Shown here in pieces: positions 63,950 through 64,000 of a DNA stretch of 64,000 nt. The notes beneath the pieces are model-generated. The model did not search any database. It was not told the origin of the DNA and worked only from the letters and a program-made list of their open reading frames with translations. A program made the position numbers and the translations under genes. The stretch comes from Isosphaera sp. (lineage in GTDB: Bacteria; Planctomycetota; Phycisphaerae; Phycisphaerales; UBA1924), in assembly GCA_013822085.1 (NCBI GenBank), contig PNJV01000001.1:27658-91657 (forward strand). Reading direction: 5' to 3'. How positions within the stretch are numbered: position 1 is the stretch's first letter; every line of letters starts with the position of its first letter.

Positions 63950-64000
63950 ATGAACACCGCCGAGATGATGCGCATCCTCGACTCGATCGCGCGGGACCGC
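63950..64000 (+). CDS. nusA: transcription termination/antitermination factor NusA, first 17 codons only (3' end outside window)
   Basis: ATG at 63950 with AGGA 8 nt upstream. MNTAEMMRILDSIARDR fits the NusA N-terminus pattern MNxELLxxxDxIxR[DE]K from memory. Too short to be certain. Confidence 0.45.
   Translation, partial: MNTAEMMRILDSIARDR

Overview
Very GC-rich bacterial chromosomal segment (by eye well above 65 percent G+C, with long spurious shadow ORFs on most antisense frames). It looks like core genome, not an accessory island. I can support about 50 protein-coding genes and 2 tRNAs (Ala-CGC, Gly-GCC). I see no rRNA, CRISPR array, transposase or integrase. Content is mostly housekeeping: dnaA, tgt-yajC-secDF, eno, purH, purL, proB-proA, ruvC, rnhA, rpmA, rpmB and the start of nusA. 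Several markers fit a high-GC member of the PVC group (Planctomycetota, Phycisphaerae-like), which I cannot verify without a database search. These are a translationally coupled mcsA-mcsB arginine-kinase pair, a 53-aa small basic protein, a fused SecDF with a large periplasmic insert, an isolated fliM and a GT3 glycogen synthase. Nineteen consecutive genes (788-26134) lie on the minus strand, including dnaA, which has DnaA-box-like 9-mers upstream. I did not find a convincing new multi-gene system such as a defence island. The observations I rank highest are: (1) adjacent rhomboid and M50 intramembrane proteases that share one C-terminal tail motif; (2) a leader upstream of nusA with a strong intrinsic terminator and a duplicated T-tract; (3) sigma-54-type -24/-12 elements upstream of a eukaryote-type glycogen synthase, upstream of fliM, and inside a perfect 18-bp tandem duplication, with an orphan sigma-54 activator in the same window; (4) a fumarylacetoacetase gene whose frame breaks inside a conserved motif, plus a suspicious 3' end of a FIST gene; (5) recurrent two-copy 11-18-bp tandem duplications and strand-asymmetric C-run tracts in many intergenic spacers. 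All start codons are inferred by eye and many are uncertain. Family assignments rest on motifs recalled from memory, not on searches.
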